Origin: Anthoceros angustus | Taxonomy: Eukaryota; Plantae; Anthocerotophyta | Reading direction: 5' to 3' | Length of the DNA: 64,000 nucleotides | Assembly (NCBI GenBank): GCA_010909165.1 | Contig: MU008214.1 | Span: forward strand, 124,001 to 188,000 | Shown here: positions 40,420 to 51,568 of the stretch, piece by piece | Layout: each line of letters begins with the position of its first letter | Numbering within the stretch: position 1 is the first letter of the stretch | Notes under the pieces: generated by a model | What the model was told of the DNA's origin: nothing | Databases searched by the model: none | Seen by the model: the letters and a program-made list of their open reading frames with translations, nothing else | Made by a program: the position numbers and the translations under genes

Positions 40420-41250
40420 TGTCGATTAATAATTACGGACACCATGCACCTCACACGGTGCACGCAGCGCTTGTGTAAGACAAGCACACAGTCGAGATTT
40501 GTTCCATTCCTTTCCAGTTGTTTTAGGCCATAGAGACCTTTGATTAGCCTACATACCATGCCTTCTTTGCCTTTGACCTCATAACCCGGGGTTGTTTCAT
40601 GTATATTTCTTCTTGGATGCGTCCATGCAAATAAGCGGTTTGACATCCATCATATGAAGATGTAAACCATGTTGGTGACAAGGCAATTATCATTCTAAAG
40701 GAGGCAAACTTTGCTCTTTGGAGCATAGGTAGCCCGGGTATGTAGTCTAAACCCGGTATATGGGTAAAACCTCGCTACTAGTCTTGCCTTGTATCTCTCA
40801 ATGGAACCATCGCTTCGTTTAATTTTGAAGACCCATTTGCTCCCTACTATTTTTCTCCCTCGTGGTTTGACTAATTCCCATGTAGAGTTCTTAACTAGGA
40901 ATCATACTCGAGTCCACTGGGCTTTCCATAAATCCTTCTCGGAGGAAAAGCTTGTTTCAAGGTTAGCGGCTCTTGAGGATCAATTGTAGCTTTATAAACA
41001 ACTTGATGAAAATGGGAGAAAGGTGAGGAGGGATCATCAAAAGTGGTAAGGTATCCTAAGGGTGGTTCCTTTCATCCCGCAGCCCAGAGGCAGTCGGTTC
41101 TTAGGTTGTACCTTAGTGCAGTTGTGCATCTTCGTTGGCGACTTGTTCTAAAGAGTTTTCTTCTTCTTCATATGCTTGAGCTGGTTCAACTATAGGGGAA
41201 CTGACATCCGGATATTCAGCTCGGAAAAGTCATCATCCGGATATCATGAA
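40420..41250 (-). mobile_element. Ty1/Copia reverse transcriptase fragment (copy B)
   Basis: TAYLHGRIQEEIYMKQP, GYEVKGKEGMVCRLIKGLYGLKQ. Confidence 0.85.
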
Positions 41251-43901
41251 TATCGTCAAGGTGTTGAGGAATTTCCATGTCCGGATGCGGAGTAGTGGGG
41301 TGTCGTGGAGAAGGTGGCTCCTCCTCCTCCTACAATATAGGTTCAACCAAAGGAGAGGAAGGAGAGTAATGTAGGCTAATAATGAAAGATAGTAATTTTA
41401 TTATATAAGAATTTTTATTTGTATGATATATTTTAATATAATGATTTTTATTTTAACTTTATTCATAATTTCATTAAACCACTCTTGAGGCCTCTTTCTT
41501 GTGAAAAGTCTTCAAGCCATGCAAGCGGTGAAATTGATGTAGTGAAGAAAATCCATGCGGATGATCAACCCATGGAGGACACATTGGTGCAAATTGCCTT
41601 GATCTTCCTTGTGCATTGTGTTCGATAGTGCTCTTCGGACACAATGCGAGCATGTTGAAAACTTGTTGGACTTGAGTTTTACTCTAGGAAGTTGCTTCTC
41701 CACAGTTTCAAGAACCATGGACACTTCACATAGCGAATGTTAGAGCTTTCGCACTGACGCTTGTACAAGGTCCATATTTCCAACTTTGAATACGTGTCGG
41801 GTAGATTAAAAACATCCAAGTTTGCCAGCCGCTCTGCCATAAATGTAAAAGCGTTGTCCATCCACGAAATGGCATCCATCGCATACGTCGACTGTGCCTT
41901 CGGGTTTGGTTCAAATCCATCCCAAGGTGATTCCCAAATGACTCTGCTCTTTAGCTCCTCATACCTCCTGTGGCCAAGACAATACACTCTTCTAAAGGCC
42001 TTCAAGCAGCAGCGCATAGGAGTTGCCCCCATGACATGTGTCACCACTTTCTTCCTATCACCCCGGGATCCAATCGATTGAACAAGAGACTGCAGAAATG
42101 TCTCCTGTTCCTGCCTCCCCATGCGAAGAAAGCGGTACCGTTGCTCCTAAAATCGCTCTTTACCCAACCTCAGCAAACACATTTTTATGCAACACGGCTT
42201 CCTGAAATCCGCAGTCATTGTATCCCCTTCGCTTTTTCGCAACGACACTCCAGCTTCGCGTCTTCGTCGTGATACAACAATTGACCTTGTTAGAGCCTTT
42301 AGAGACTCACTCAAAGGCTTCGGATGGAAGGAACGACAGGCATCAGGTGACTGGAACACGCTCGAATCTTCGTTGTCGCCAATGGGACCTTCCTCAACGG
42401 TGGCGACCAACGATATCCAGGAAACAAACCACGCAGCCGATGTATCTCTGGCGGGAGCATAGACATTGGGAAAGATTGAAGCGTCGGTTGGATGGGCTTC
42501 CTCAACGCAGGTCTGCAAATTCTAGGTGTTGGAGGAACACCCTGGAGGCTTAAGCGGCCTTGGCCGACATCTTCGTCGTGTAACAATATAGAAGAATGAA
42601 TAAGTATCCCACCACATGCGTTCAGCTAGCGTCTAGTTCCAATATGAAAAAAATCAACTTCAACCTTCATCATCAAGACGTCTTTCGGGAATGGCAAAGC
42701 GCAGCTGGGATGCCGCGAGTTCGGTGATGTGGTGGCTGTACAACAAGTCTCCTCACTTCTCCATGTGAAACCGCGGACATTGTGAAGACAAATCTTCTTC
42801 CTGCTCATCCTAAAACCGGATCCACTTCAACTCATAATCCGAAAACAAAATTGAGGATGAAAACCAAGTAAGCCTTCCAAAAGGCGAACTCCAACCTCTT
42901 CGCTATGGGTGTGGATGAGACGCAATGGTAAAACAACTTGCAGAAGAGCGTCGATTGAGACCACACTCGCCGCGAAATAAAGAATAGCAGGCCTTTTGGA
43001 AGACCTCCGATGGAGGAGAATGGTGAAGATGTGCAAATATTGTCTCTATTGATAGGCGTAGCGCATAGATGAGGATATTATTTTTTCCTCATAATGGGCA
43101 CATGATGGAGTTCGTCTGAGATATCCAGCATCGCGCCGTCCTGCTTTTGTAATTGACAATGAATGTGATTATATGCCAGCCGTCACAAGTCAACATGATT
43201 ATGGTTCAGCATATGGTTTATATCTGGGTATATGGAAATATGCTGGCATATGTTAATTCAGGCATGTTTTTGGGCTATAAATACCTGTTGGCGAGGAAAC
43301 CCTAATTACTCTTTGTTTTCTCTTGCCACTTTCCATCACGGTGGAGCATTCTGGCGAGTACTTCCTGTAGAGGAAGTAACGAGGGAGTGCTGACTGACTG
43401 CAGTGTTGTTGGCCGAATTCGAGGAGGTCTCCGAGCAGAATTCCACGCATCCTCCCTTCGCGGCCGCGCGAGCTTGTGATTTGAGCCATCACGGGCAGGC
43501 GCTGAGGGTGGGGGAGACAGGTGCCGGGCATTCCTCAAGTGCATCAATCGGCAGGGTCCGTGGGGGAGGTTCATTCGACTTTCATGTGAACCAATTGTCT
43601 GCTTCCTTCCAATTTCGTGATGTGCTGACAGGCTGCAGGGTTCATTCCTTGAAGATACGTACAACGTGAAGGTTTTTTAGTGCCCTGAAGCTGACACTGC
43701 TGCGTGACGCAATGAAGTACATTGTCTAGAGGGTAATGTCTCGGACCTTGTGTGATGCTTCATGAATGTAGAAACATTTGTATTGTGGCACAAGCAAATG
43801 TACAAGGATTGATGATGTGTGCATACACATCTTCCTTCTCAAGCTCACTACTTGTATGTTACCCTGTATATATGTACAGTTAAGACTGAGGTTGCTTCAC
43901 A

Positions 43902-46900
43902 TCAAAGCACACGGTTGAAGAGAAGCTGGTTAAGGTGGTGCTGCATCTTAGCGGAGGGGGAGGTCCAGCCGTCGTTGTCTGTGTATAGGTAATATGCGGC
44001 TTTGGCATTGTCCAGAAAGACGTGTTTGCAGGCCATGGGCGCAGCCGATGGAGTGAAGACATGCTGCACCAGCTGTTTCATGCTTGAATCCACGACAGCT
44101 CGGATGCCCTGGGCCGCTTCCTCCTTGCTCTTCTCTGGGTGCTCTTTCATATGAATGACCATGCTGTTGATTTCCGGTATCCCACTCTGTGACGGTTGCC
44201 GACAAAGGCGCGGCAAATTCAGGATTGAACGGGTCATGTATGAGGCTGTGAAATTAACGGAGTCTGCAACCTTCAGTTGACGCATGCGCAATGTTATCGT
44301 ACCTGGTAAGATCTGACGTCGTTCAAGAGGCGCACCACAGTCCCAGCCTTGATGTTCAGGTCGTGGTACTCCGACTGGATGGCCTCCTCGCTCAGTTCCA
44401 CGCCGGGTATCAAGAAGCTAGGTCCCAGACTACAGAGCTCCATGCCGATGCTGATTGCGCCGACTGGAATGAATTGGTCCCAGGCGGGAATAATGCCATC
44501 CCGCCTCCACTTGGCTCGGATCGTCACGCATTCCACGTAGCGTTGCAACTGCATGCGCGTGGGATGTCGGTGATGAAGCCAACGCAGAAGCGACGAGTAT
44601 CAGGCTATTGAATGTGAAATTTAGATCTCTAATTCTCACTCACCGATGCGACCACATGTCTGCTCACATCGCGGCCCTGCTCCTTGGATGCTTTCTCGGC
44701 TATCTCAACGATGGTGTCGTAGATGCCCATGAAAACGATGCGCTGCCTGAGGTTGGTGTGGTCGATCATGGACGGGTCCCAGCTGCAGAAGGACATATGG
44801 GATGCAAGCAATTGCAGGCAGTGAGAAGGGACAGCCGGTCCGGTCATTGAGTATGGTTGTGGATCCGGATGATGGGCTATAGCAACGGTACCTTTGCGTG
44901 GCAGCCTGGAACCGGTCGAGCTCCTCCTGCGAAGCCCCGGACAAGGTGGTGTAATCGTCGGCCATGGTGGCCAGGAGCATGAGCTGGGTCCTGGTCCTGC
45001 GCACCGCGGCCATCTCCGGCTCGAAAGCCGTGGAAGCCGAGACCAGGAAGCCTGGAATCACGGTGTGGTGGCGAGCAAATGGGAGACGGTCGAAGCGGCA
45101 TTCCAATACCCATCTACATACAAGTGCACAGCGCGAAGAGCAAAGTTAAGGCATGCAAGCATCAGAAATTGTGGAACCCTATCTGCATTCATGAGGATTG
45201 CAGGCTGCCTGAAAAAATCCACGTACTCCTTCAACGCCTCCAGCTCCGCGAGGTATATAGTTTGGCATATGTTGAAGTCTGCTTTTGCAAGGGACAGGAA
45301 CGCTGAGTTGCAGACGCCATACATCCTGCACAATGTTTGAAAAAGATGGATGCAGTCACATGGATTATCGTCAATCTTTCAGCTTTGTGGGCGCTGAGAA
45401 GAAAGAACATTGTATAGTAGAAGCAGTGCGATCAGATGAAACCAACCTGTAGAGGCTCTTGGCGATCCACACGTCGTCAGGGCCGTAGTGGTCGATGTAA
45501 GCTCTGGTCTCCAAGCGAGGGAAACTGGCGTACCAGGGCCAGTTCAAAGCGTACTCCAGCTCTCCCGGGAGATCTTTGGGCACAACCCACCTGTCCGATA
45601 GCTGCGGCTGTCGCTGTTTCTCGTTCAGATGGAAGCGCGTGTACTCCCAGGCCTCCTCCAGCAGGTCCTCGTCCGGGAAGCGCATCTGCGACGCGCGGTG
45701 CAGATTGAACATAGGGGTGACATCGGTTTCCAGGTCGCACCCGTGGTCGATCCAGCACGAAAACTCGGCTCCCTTGCAGAAAGCCTTGAACACATCTGCA
45801 TGCACAGTAGACAGACACAGTCACCACAAGTCTGATAAGCGCGGAGCAAGCGCAAGGATCAAACCTGCAGAAACGGGGTAGCCGTGCTGGCGCAGTAGGC
45901 GGAAGCCCATGCTGGTGTCGTCCAGGTCGGTGACGTTGCAATCGGTGGCCCAGCTCAGTCCCCGTTGTGTCCAGCGCTGGAAGGCGAAGTCCAGGATGTC
46001 CTTGATCTCGGGCTTGAAGTGGCGCGCGATTCCCAGGCGCTGCAGCCGGTCCACGATCCACAGCCGCTCGAAGATGTCCACCGGCGAGTGGTTGGGGATG
46101 ACGCCCCCCGTGGTCTCCACCAGCCGGCTCAGGTACTCCAGCGCGTTGCTGTCGCCGGTGTGCATGTACAAGCAGGCGGTGGAGGCCGGAGAGGTGAGCA
46201 TGTGGCCGGCCGGCGACTGCAGCCTCCGGATCTTGTCCCAGTCGATACCCTCCAGGGCATCCATCCCTTCCAGTGACGCCAGCAGCGTCGTGGGCTGCGA
46301 CTGCAGCAACTGCACCGGGATCTCCTTCAGCTTGCGCTCCCGCTCCCGCAGAATAGTGATGGTGGCTGGCGCGTCGTACGGCAGGTCCAGGTCCAGCGCC
46401 CGCGCCCGCTCCAGCATGGCCGGGAACACCATCTCGAACCCCACGGTCCTGTGGATCTCGGCCTCGGAATCCACCTGGTGCACGTGCTCCGGATGAAGGC
46501 GCACCCTTTCCGGCACGGCATCGGGATGCGCGCTCCACGTTCGCAGCGCCAGCACGCACGCCAAAGTCGCCACCAGTCGGTCGTAGACGTTGAACAGGTG
46601 CGCGTCGCCCGCCCAGCATCCGTCGGGAAGCTGGGGCGCACCACCCACTCCAGCGCCTCGAGTGCGGCCCGCCGCCGCCGCCACCGCCGGCACCATGGCC
46701 ACCCACGCCGCGTCGTATGGGCTCCGGAGATGGCCCCGTCCCCGAGCGACCGCAGCATGCTCTGGATGCTCCGGATCGACTCCTGGACCTCCACCACCGC
46801 CGGATCCGGCACTGGCCGCTCTAGCTTCTGCACCTCCAGGTCGAGCCCAGCTTGTACATCTGCGGCCAGAGCTTGCAGCCCGACTCCGGACGCCTGCCGT

Positions 46901-47083
46901 GCTTGTGCCGCCTCATACTTGCCTGGTCCACTACTTCTCTCGATCGAAAGCACGATGCTTCGCGGAAGTTTTCCGGGCCGGCCAATCTGGTAACTACTGC
47001 TCCTCCGGCAGAGGTACACGGCGTTGCAGAGAACTCGAAGATGCCCCTGCTGCTCTTGGGACACTCGGTGCAGCCATTGCCAT
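43902..47083 (-). CDS. Diterpene synthase with gamma-beta-alpha architecture (class II DxDD intact); exons about 47083-45865, 45795-45447, 45325-45227, 45113-44892, 44782-44644, 44548-44303, 44186-43902; a few frameshifts in exon 1
   Basis: Ser/Ala-rich transit peptide; GDGAIS..YDAAWVA; QLPDGCW; DRLVATLAC; GFEMVFP; SPASTA; FERLWIVDRLQRLGI; DLDDTSMGFRLLRQHGY; PWYASFPRLE; LAKADFN; RLLNDVRSYQ; six GT-AG introns. Confidence 0.93.
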
Positions 47084-47394
47084 GTTCAGAAGATTATTGA
47101 AATGGGCCTCAGGAGTGAGTGAGGAGATACCGGCTCTGTGCTGAAAGACAGGATTCTAGCACTTGCTTATAGAGCCAGGCCTGCCGGGGCCTATTAGCTA
47201 CCTCAATCACACAAGGTTCGTGGACGGGGAATCCAGAATTCCGAAATCTCATCGACTTCCTCCAAAGTGACCGAATGCCGGTCCTGTCTCGAACTTATAA
47301 CCTGGATTCTGGACTCCAACTTATTACCACCTTGATTCTGTACTCTATGTTGTACTTCATGCGTTTAACCTAGTCTGTGAACGTTTTCAGGCCC

Positions 47395-48266
47395 GTCGCC
47401 TAAGGCTAACGCAAACTTAATGAGCCCTGCCATTCGTATCGCCCCGTGTGGCCACGCACCCCGATGCAGAGCCGAGAGGCATGAGGCCGGCATGCGGGCA
47501 TGCCTCTCTTTCTTTCCGGTGTCTCCCTTACCGGCAACGGGGGCGTCCGTCGTCTCTCCTCTCAACGGCTCCTCCACCCTCCTCTCAACGGCTCCGTCCG
47601 CGCTCCTTTCAACGCCGTCCTTCCGCACCTGCTCACCCGTCTGTGGTCTCAACCTGTTTCCCCATCCCCTGTTCTCGTTCCTAATGCGCGCCAAAACGAA
47701 CGTTTCAAGTATTTATAACCCAGTTCTAATGCGGCTCAGTTCAGAGGGAAGCTTGACGGTACGATCGAGCAAGCGAGCGGTAGTCTCTCAAAATTGTGAT
47801 GTCAGCGGAATGGAACATTTGCCTCACACTCAAGTGCAGACACCGGGCCAGCATCTTCACCAAGGAGCATTTGTCATAGGCTGTAGGCAATCATCGAGGA
47901 AGATGAAAATGCACATGAATGTGAAGCGCGCTTACATTCCTGCTGACCGTGTAGCTGATTTTATTGCAGGTGAGAAAACATAATCTATTACAGTATGTTC
48001 AAAATGAACAGGACAGTGAGAGTTCGTGATCGAGTGCTTGGTGAACAGATTGAGACCAGAGATGGGTGACCATAAAGAGGAGCGCGGACGGGGCCGTTGA
48101 GAGGAGCGACGACGGACGCCCCGTTGCCGGAAAAGGAGACGGCGGAAAGAAAGACAAGCATGCCCGCATGCCGGCCTCATGCCTCTCGGCTTTGCATCGG
48201 GGTGCGTGACCACACGGGCGGTACAGAATGGCAGGGCTCATTAAGTTTGCGTTAGCCTTAGGCGAC
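47395..48266. repeat. Long inverted repeat (arms about 47395-47659 and 48044-48266), MITE/foldback-like
   Basis: GTCGCCTAAGGCTAACGCAAACTTAATGAGCCCTGCC at the left arm is the reverse complement of the right arm's end; mirror-image ORFs appear in the track. Confidence 0.88.
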
Positions 48267-48384
48267 TTTTCAGGGCAAGCAGGAATCTCCGAATAGAAGA
48301 GGACGAAGAACCGTACAGCGTCTCGTACGGCCTCTACTAGGTTTTCCAGTTGCCCGTGCAATTCTTAGCCTGCTTGTCAGGATG

Positions 48385-48729
48385 GCTCATGGAACACCTA
48401 AGAGGTGTTTAGTTGCCATGCAAGCCTCGAGGAAAGGAAAGCGTCGGTTAAAAGCTGGCTTAGCCTCGAGGAAAGGAAAGCGTCGGTTAAAAGCTGGCTT
48501 AGCCTCGAGGAAAGGAAAGCGTCGGTTAAAAGCTGGCTTAGCCTCGAGGAAAGGAAAGCGTCGGTTAAAAGCTAAGCTTAGCCTCGAGGGAAAGGAAGCG
48601 TCGGTTAAAAGCTGGCTTAGCCTCGAGGGAAAGGAAAGCGTCGGTTAAAAGCTCATGGAACACCCAAGAGGTGTTTAGTTGCCATGCCAAGGCTTAGCCT
48701 CGACGGAAAAGGAAAGCGTCGGTTAAAAG
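48385..48729. repeat. 39-bp tandem repeat (six copies at 48424-48653 plus one at about 48697) with 37-bp direct repeats at 48385 and 48651
   Basis: Unit GCCTCGAGGAAAGGAAAGCGTCGGTTAAAAGCTGGCTTA. Confidence 0.92.
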
Positions 48730-49308
48730 AATGTACGTGCTCGGATACTCCATGCCTCCAGGTCGTGACAGAACAATGGGCCTGCGGCCCTGCGCCCGTG
48801 TGCACCAGGCTAGGAATTCAATGCGCGCGCGCAACTCGATGGAAGCCCGCATCTGCATAGCCAGGTGTGCTCCGCAAATAGTCGCATCTTCATGACGCTG
48901 AGGAAAATCGTTGGGGCCGCGGGCCGCGATCGTCCGCCGTGCACCGAGGATTCTGGGAAAGGAAGGCGCGCGATTCCCGATTGCAAGCCTGCATGCCACA
49001 GTGATACTGTTCCTTGTTTCCTTTCCTAGAAAGAAGCGACGCAACGTTCAATGGGACATCCGCGCGCGGATCCTCTCTGGATCCCGCATTACAGGAGATG
49101 CGCGCTGGTTGGATCTGGAGGCAAGCTTGCAAGCACGAGAAATACCCGCTAGCTGTAAATGTGCACCAATATGGACGATCCGCATGCGTGGGTACATAAG
49201 AGCATTGTAACAGGTTGATCTGGGCACTGTCGTTGGCTTTCCTTGCTTGCTCACTGTTGAGGAAGATCTGTGTGTGCTGTTGGTGTACGTCGCCGGTATA
49301 CTAGTGCG

Positions 49309-51568
49309 ATGACAGGTGTAGTGGAGCCAGAGATTGCGCCACATGTATTGCAAGATCCTGTGCTTCTGCTACTCGCCACTGCGCTTGCAGCTGTAGTGGC
49401 GCTCGCGTCCCTGCTCTCCATTCTGCGGAACAGGAGGCGGCCCAATCTCCCGCCGAGTCCGCCAGGGTGCCGGTGTTCGGGAATTTGGGGTGTTCGTGAG
49501 CACCAGTCTGCCGCATCAGAAGATCACCCAGCTGGCGCACAAGTATGGCCCCATCATGTCTCTCAAGCTGGGGATGCTTGCCATCGTCGTCACGTCTCCG
49601 GAGATGGCCAAGGAAGTTTTCAAGAACTACGACAAAGAATTTGCTGATCGTCCCCGTCGACATTCAAGGAGGCTGCCTGCTACGGCGACCATTGCATGCC
49701 ATTGCTCGAGTACGGCCCTAACTGGCGGAATCTCAGGTACTCCCATGTGACTCTTTCTGCAAGCTTTTATCAGTCCACAAGATCTAGCTATATCTCAAGC
49801 GCGCGCGCGGCATAGATCGATCCATGTTAGCTAGCCAGATATGACGAATTTACTGATCACCCCTCAACAAATTCACCGCCGGACTGTTCCGCTATCGCGA
49901 CCTGCAGGAAAGTTGTGACCTTGGAACTGCTTACTGCCAAGAGGATCCAGCAATTTGAGGGGGTGCGGAGGGAGGAGGTGTCGGGCATCATTCGTTCCAT
50001 TCTGGAGGACAACCGAAACGGGGAGCATGTCGACATGGACAAAAAGAGCACCTATGTGATCATGAACATTGCCACCCGCATTCTCATGAGCAAGAGATTC
50101 TACGCCTACAGCAAAGAGTCCAGAGAACAACAAGCTGCAGGCCGTGAGGTATAATAATACATCAGCTTTCACATATAAACTTGTCATCTCAGGTTCCAAC
50201 TGTAGACATCCCAGGATACTATTGTCTTGAAAACTTGAGTCGATAGCACCAGCATGGTTACACACAATTGGTTCTAGATAGATCGCGTTCTAATATCATT
50301 GATAGATTATTGATGGGATGTCCAGAAGAATAATCAGACTGAGGACCTGAGCGACGAGTTTAAGAGGCTGAGCAGTGGCCTCATTGGCCAGCATTCCTCT
50401 CATCGGGATGTCATCCCCTACCTGGGTTTTCTGGATCGGGTGCAAAACCGCAAGGGCAAGATGGTCAAAGTCCACAACAGGTACGACTCGTTTCTGGATG
50501 GAATCCTGAAGGAGCATCGAGACCAGGCTGCCCACGTGGGCGAGCCCGAGATTTCGTTGATGTTTTGCTCGATCTGCCGCAAGAAGCAGGAGAAAAGAAG
50601 GGGTCCGGGACGATCGCATCAAAGCACTTGTCATGGTAAGAACATGTACGCCTGTCATCGTGCACCAGTTAAGTCATGGTCTGACTAAATGATCTTGATA
50701 CTTCATGACCGACTGCATACAAGTATATGCATATATTGCTGGCCTGCAGGACATGATCAACGCAGGAGTGCATTCGACCAGCCTGTGTGCATGGAGTGGG
50801 CCATGGCGGAGCTCATCCGGAATCCTGGCGTCATGAAGAAGCTGCAGGCTGAAATCGACGGAATTGTGGGCCGCGACAGGCAGGTGATGGAAGCCGACGT
50901 TGCTCAGGCCAGCTACCTGCAAGCCTTCTTGAAGGAGGTGTTAAGACTCCACCCTCCTGGACCACTGGCCATTCCTCGCCAGTCTAATGAATGGTGCAAG
51001 GTGGCCATACGACATCCCCAACACCCAACTCTTCCTCAACGTCTGGGGCATCTGCCGGGACCCCACTGTATGGCCAGACCCGCTTCACTTCCAGCCTGAA
51101 CGATTCCTTACCAGGTAATTAATGTTTCTAGCACTAGAAGTATGTATGCCTGCATTACCATCTCTCTTCTGTTCAACCACAAATCCCAGACCTCTAAGCT
51201 TGTTTAAATGACAAGATTGATATAGAACGTAAACCAAAGACACGGTTTGGCCTGCAGTGACATCGACTTCAAGGGCCATCACTACGAGTTTCTCCCTTTG
51301 GAACTGGGAGGAGAGGGTGCCCAGGGATGAACATGGCCTTGATTCTGCTGAGCTACACTTTGGCCAGGCTTGTGCACAGCTTCGACTGGGCTCTCCCGGA
51401 TGGGCAAAAGCCCGAAGACTTGGACATGTCCGAGAAGTTCGAGCTGGCGCTCCCAGAGCTCAACCTTTGATCGTAGTCCCAACTCCTCGACTAGCAGATC
51501 ATATGTACGGATTTTTCAATCACTCCGGATTCACTTTGCAATCTGAACTTAGAAAGTGCGAAACCTGA
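49309..51568 (+). CDS. Cytochrome P450, CYP71 clan (A-type); exons about 49309-49736, 49908-50148, about 50350-50635, 50750-51114, 51258-51568; several frameshifts
   Basis: N-terminal TM anchor then LPPSPPG; [11 protein letters not shown]; FADRP; LELLTAKRI; [12 protein letters not shown]; [12 protein letters not shown] (ExxR); FQPERFL; [11 protein letters not shown] heme motif; phase-0 intron before the I-helix. Confidence 0.93.

Larger units (their letters stand above)
37476..41547. repeat. About 4 kb direct repeat, copy B
   Basis: Collinear with 31112-35088. Confidence 0.92.
26690..42520 (-). mobile_element. DDE DNA transposase pseudogene, Sola-like (DUF7869-type), in three pieces: about 42520-41540, 31117-30017 and 27679-26690
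   Basis: CCLKAFRRVY; KLWRSNF; KFSTCSHC; SIDGMD (about 30360); DANLTITII (about 30200); ENKN (about 30115); VKVGF..THDQID/QIFSCFS; EVADFQSY; HQFKI. Confidence 0.72.

Noticed and set aside
31112-41547. LTR retrotransposon with 4 kb LTRs
   Set aside because: There are no TG...CA ends, PBS, PPT or short TSD; the repeats contain gene and Copia RT fragments, and the junctions are microhomologies.
45477-46706. 409-aa ORF and antisense ORFs over the diTPS
   Set aside because: They are alternative frames of GC-rich coding sequence; the conserved motifs are in another frame.
48424-48729. CRISPR array
   Set aside because: The units are contiguous with no unique spacers, there are no cas genes, and the context is eukaryotic.
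43902-51568. Gibberellin pathway CPS/KS plus kaurene oxidase
   Set aside because: The ent-CPS His dyad residue is absent and I see no specific support for CYP701, so no gene symbols were assigned.
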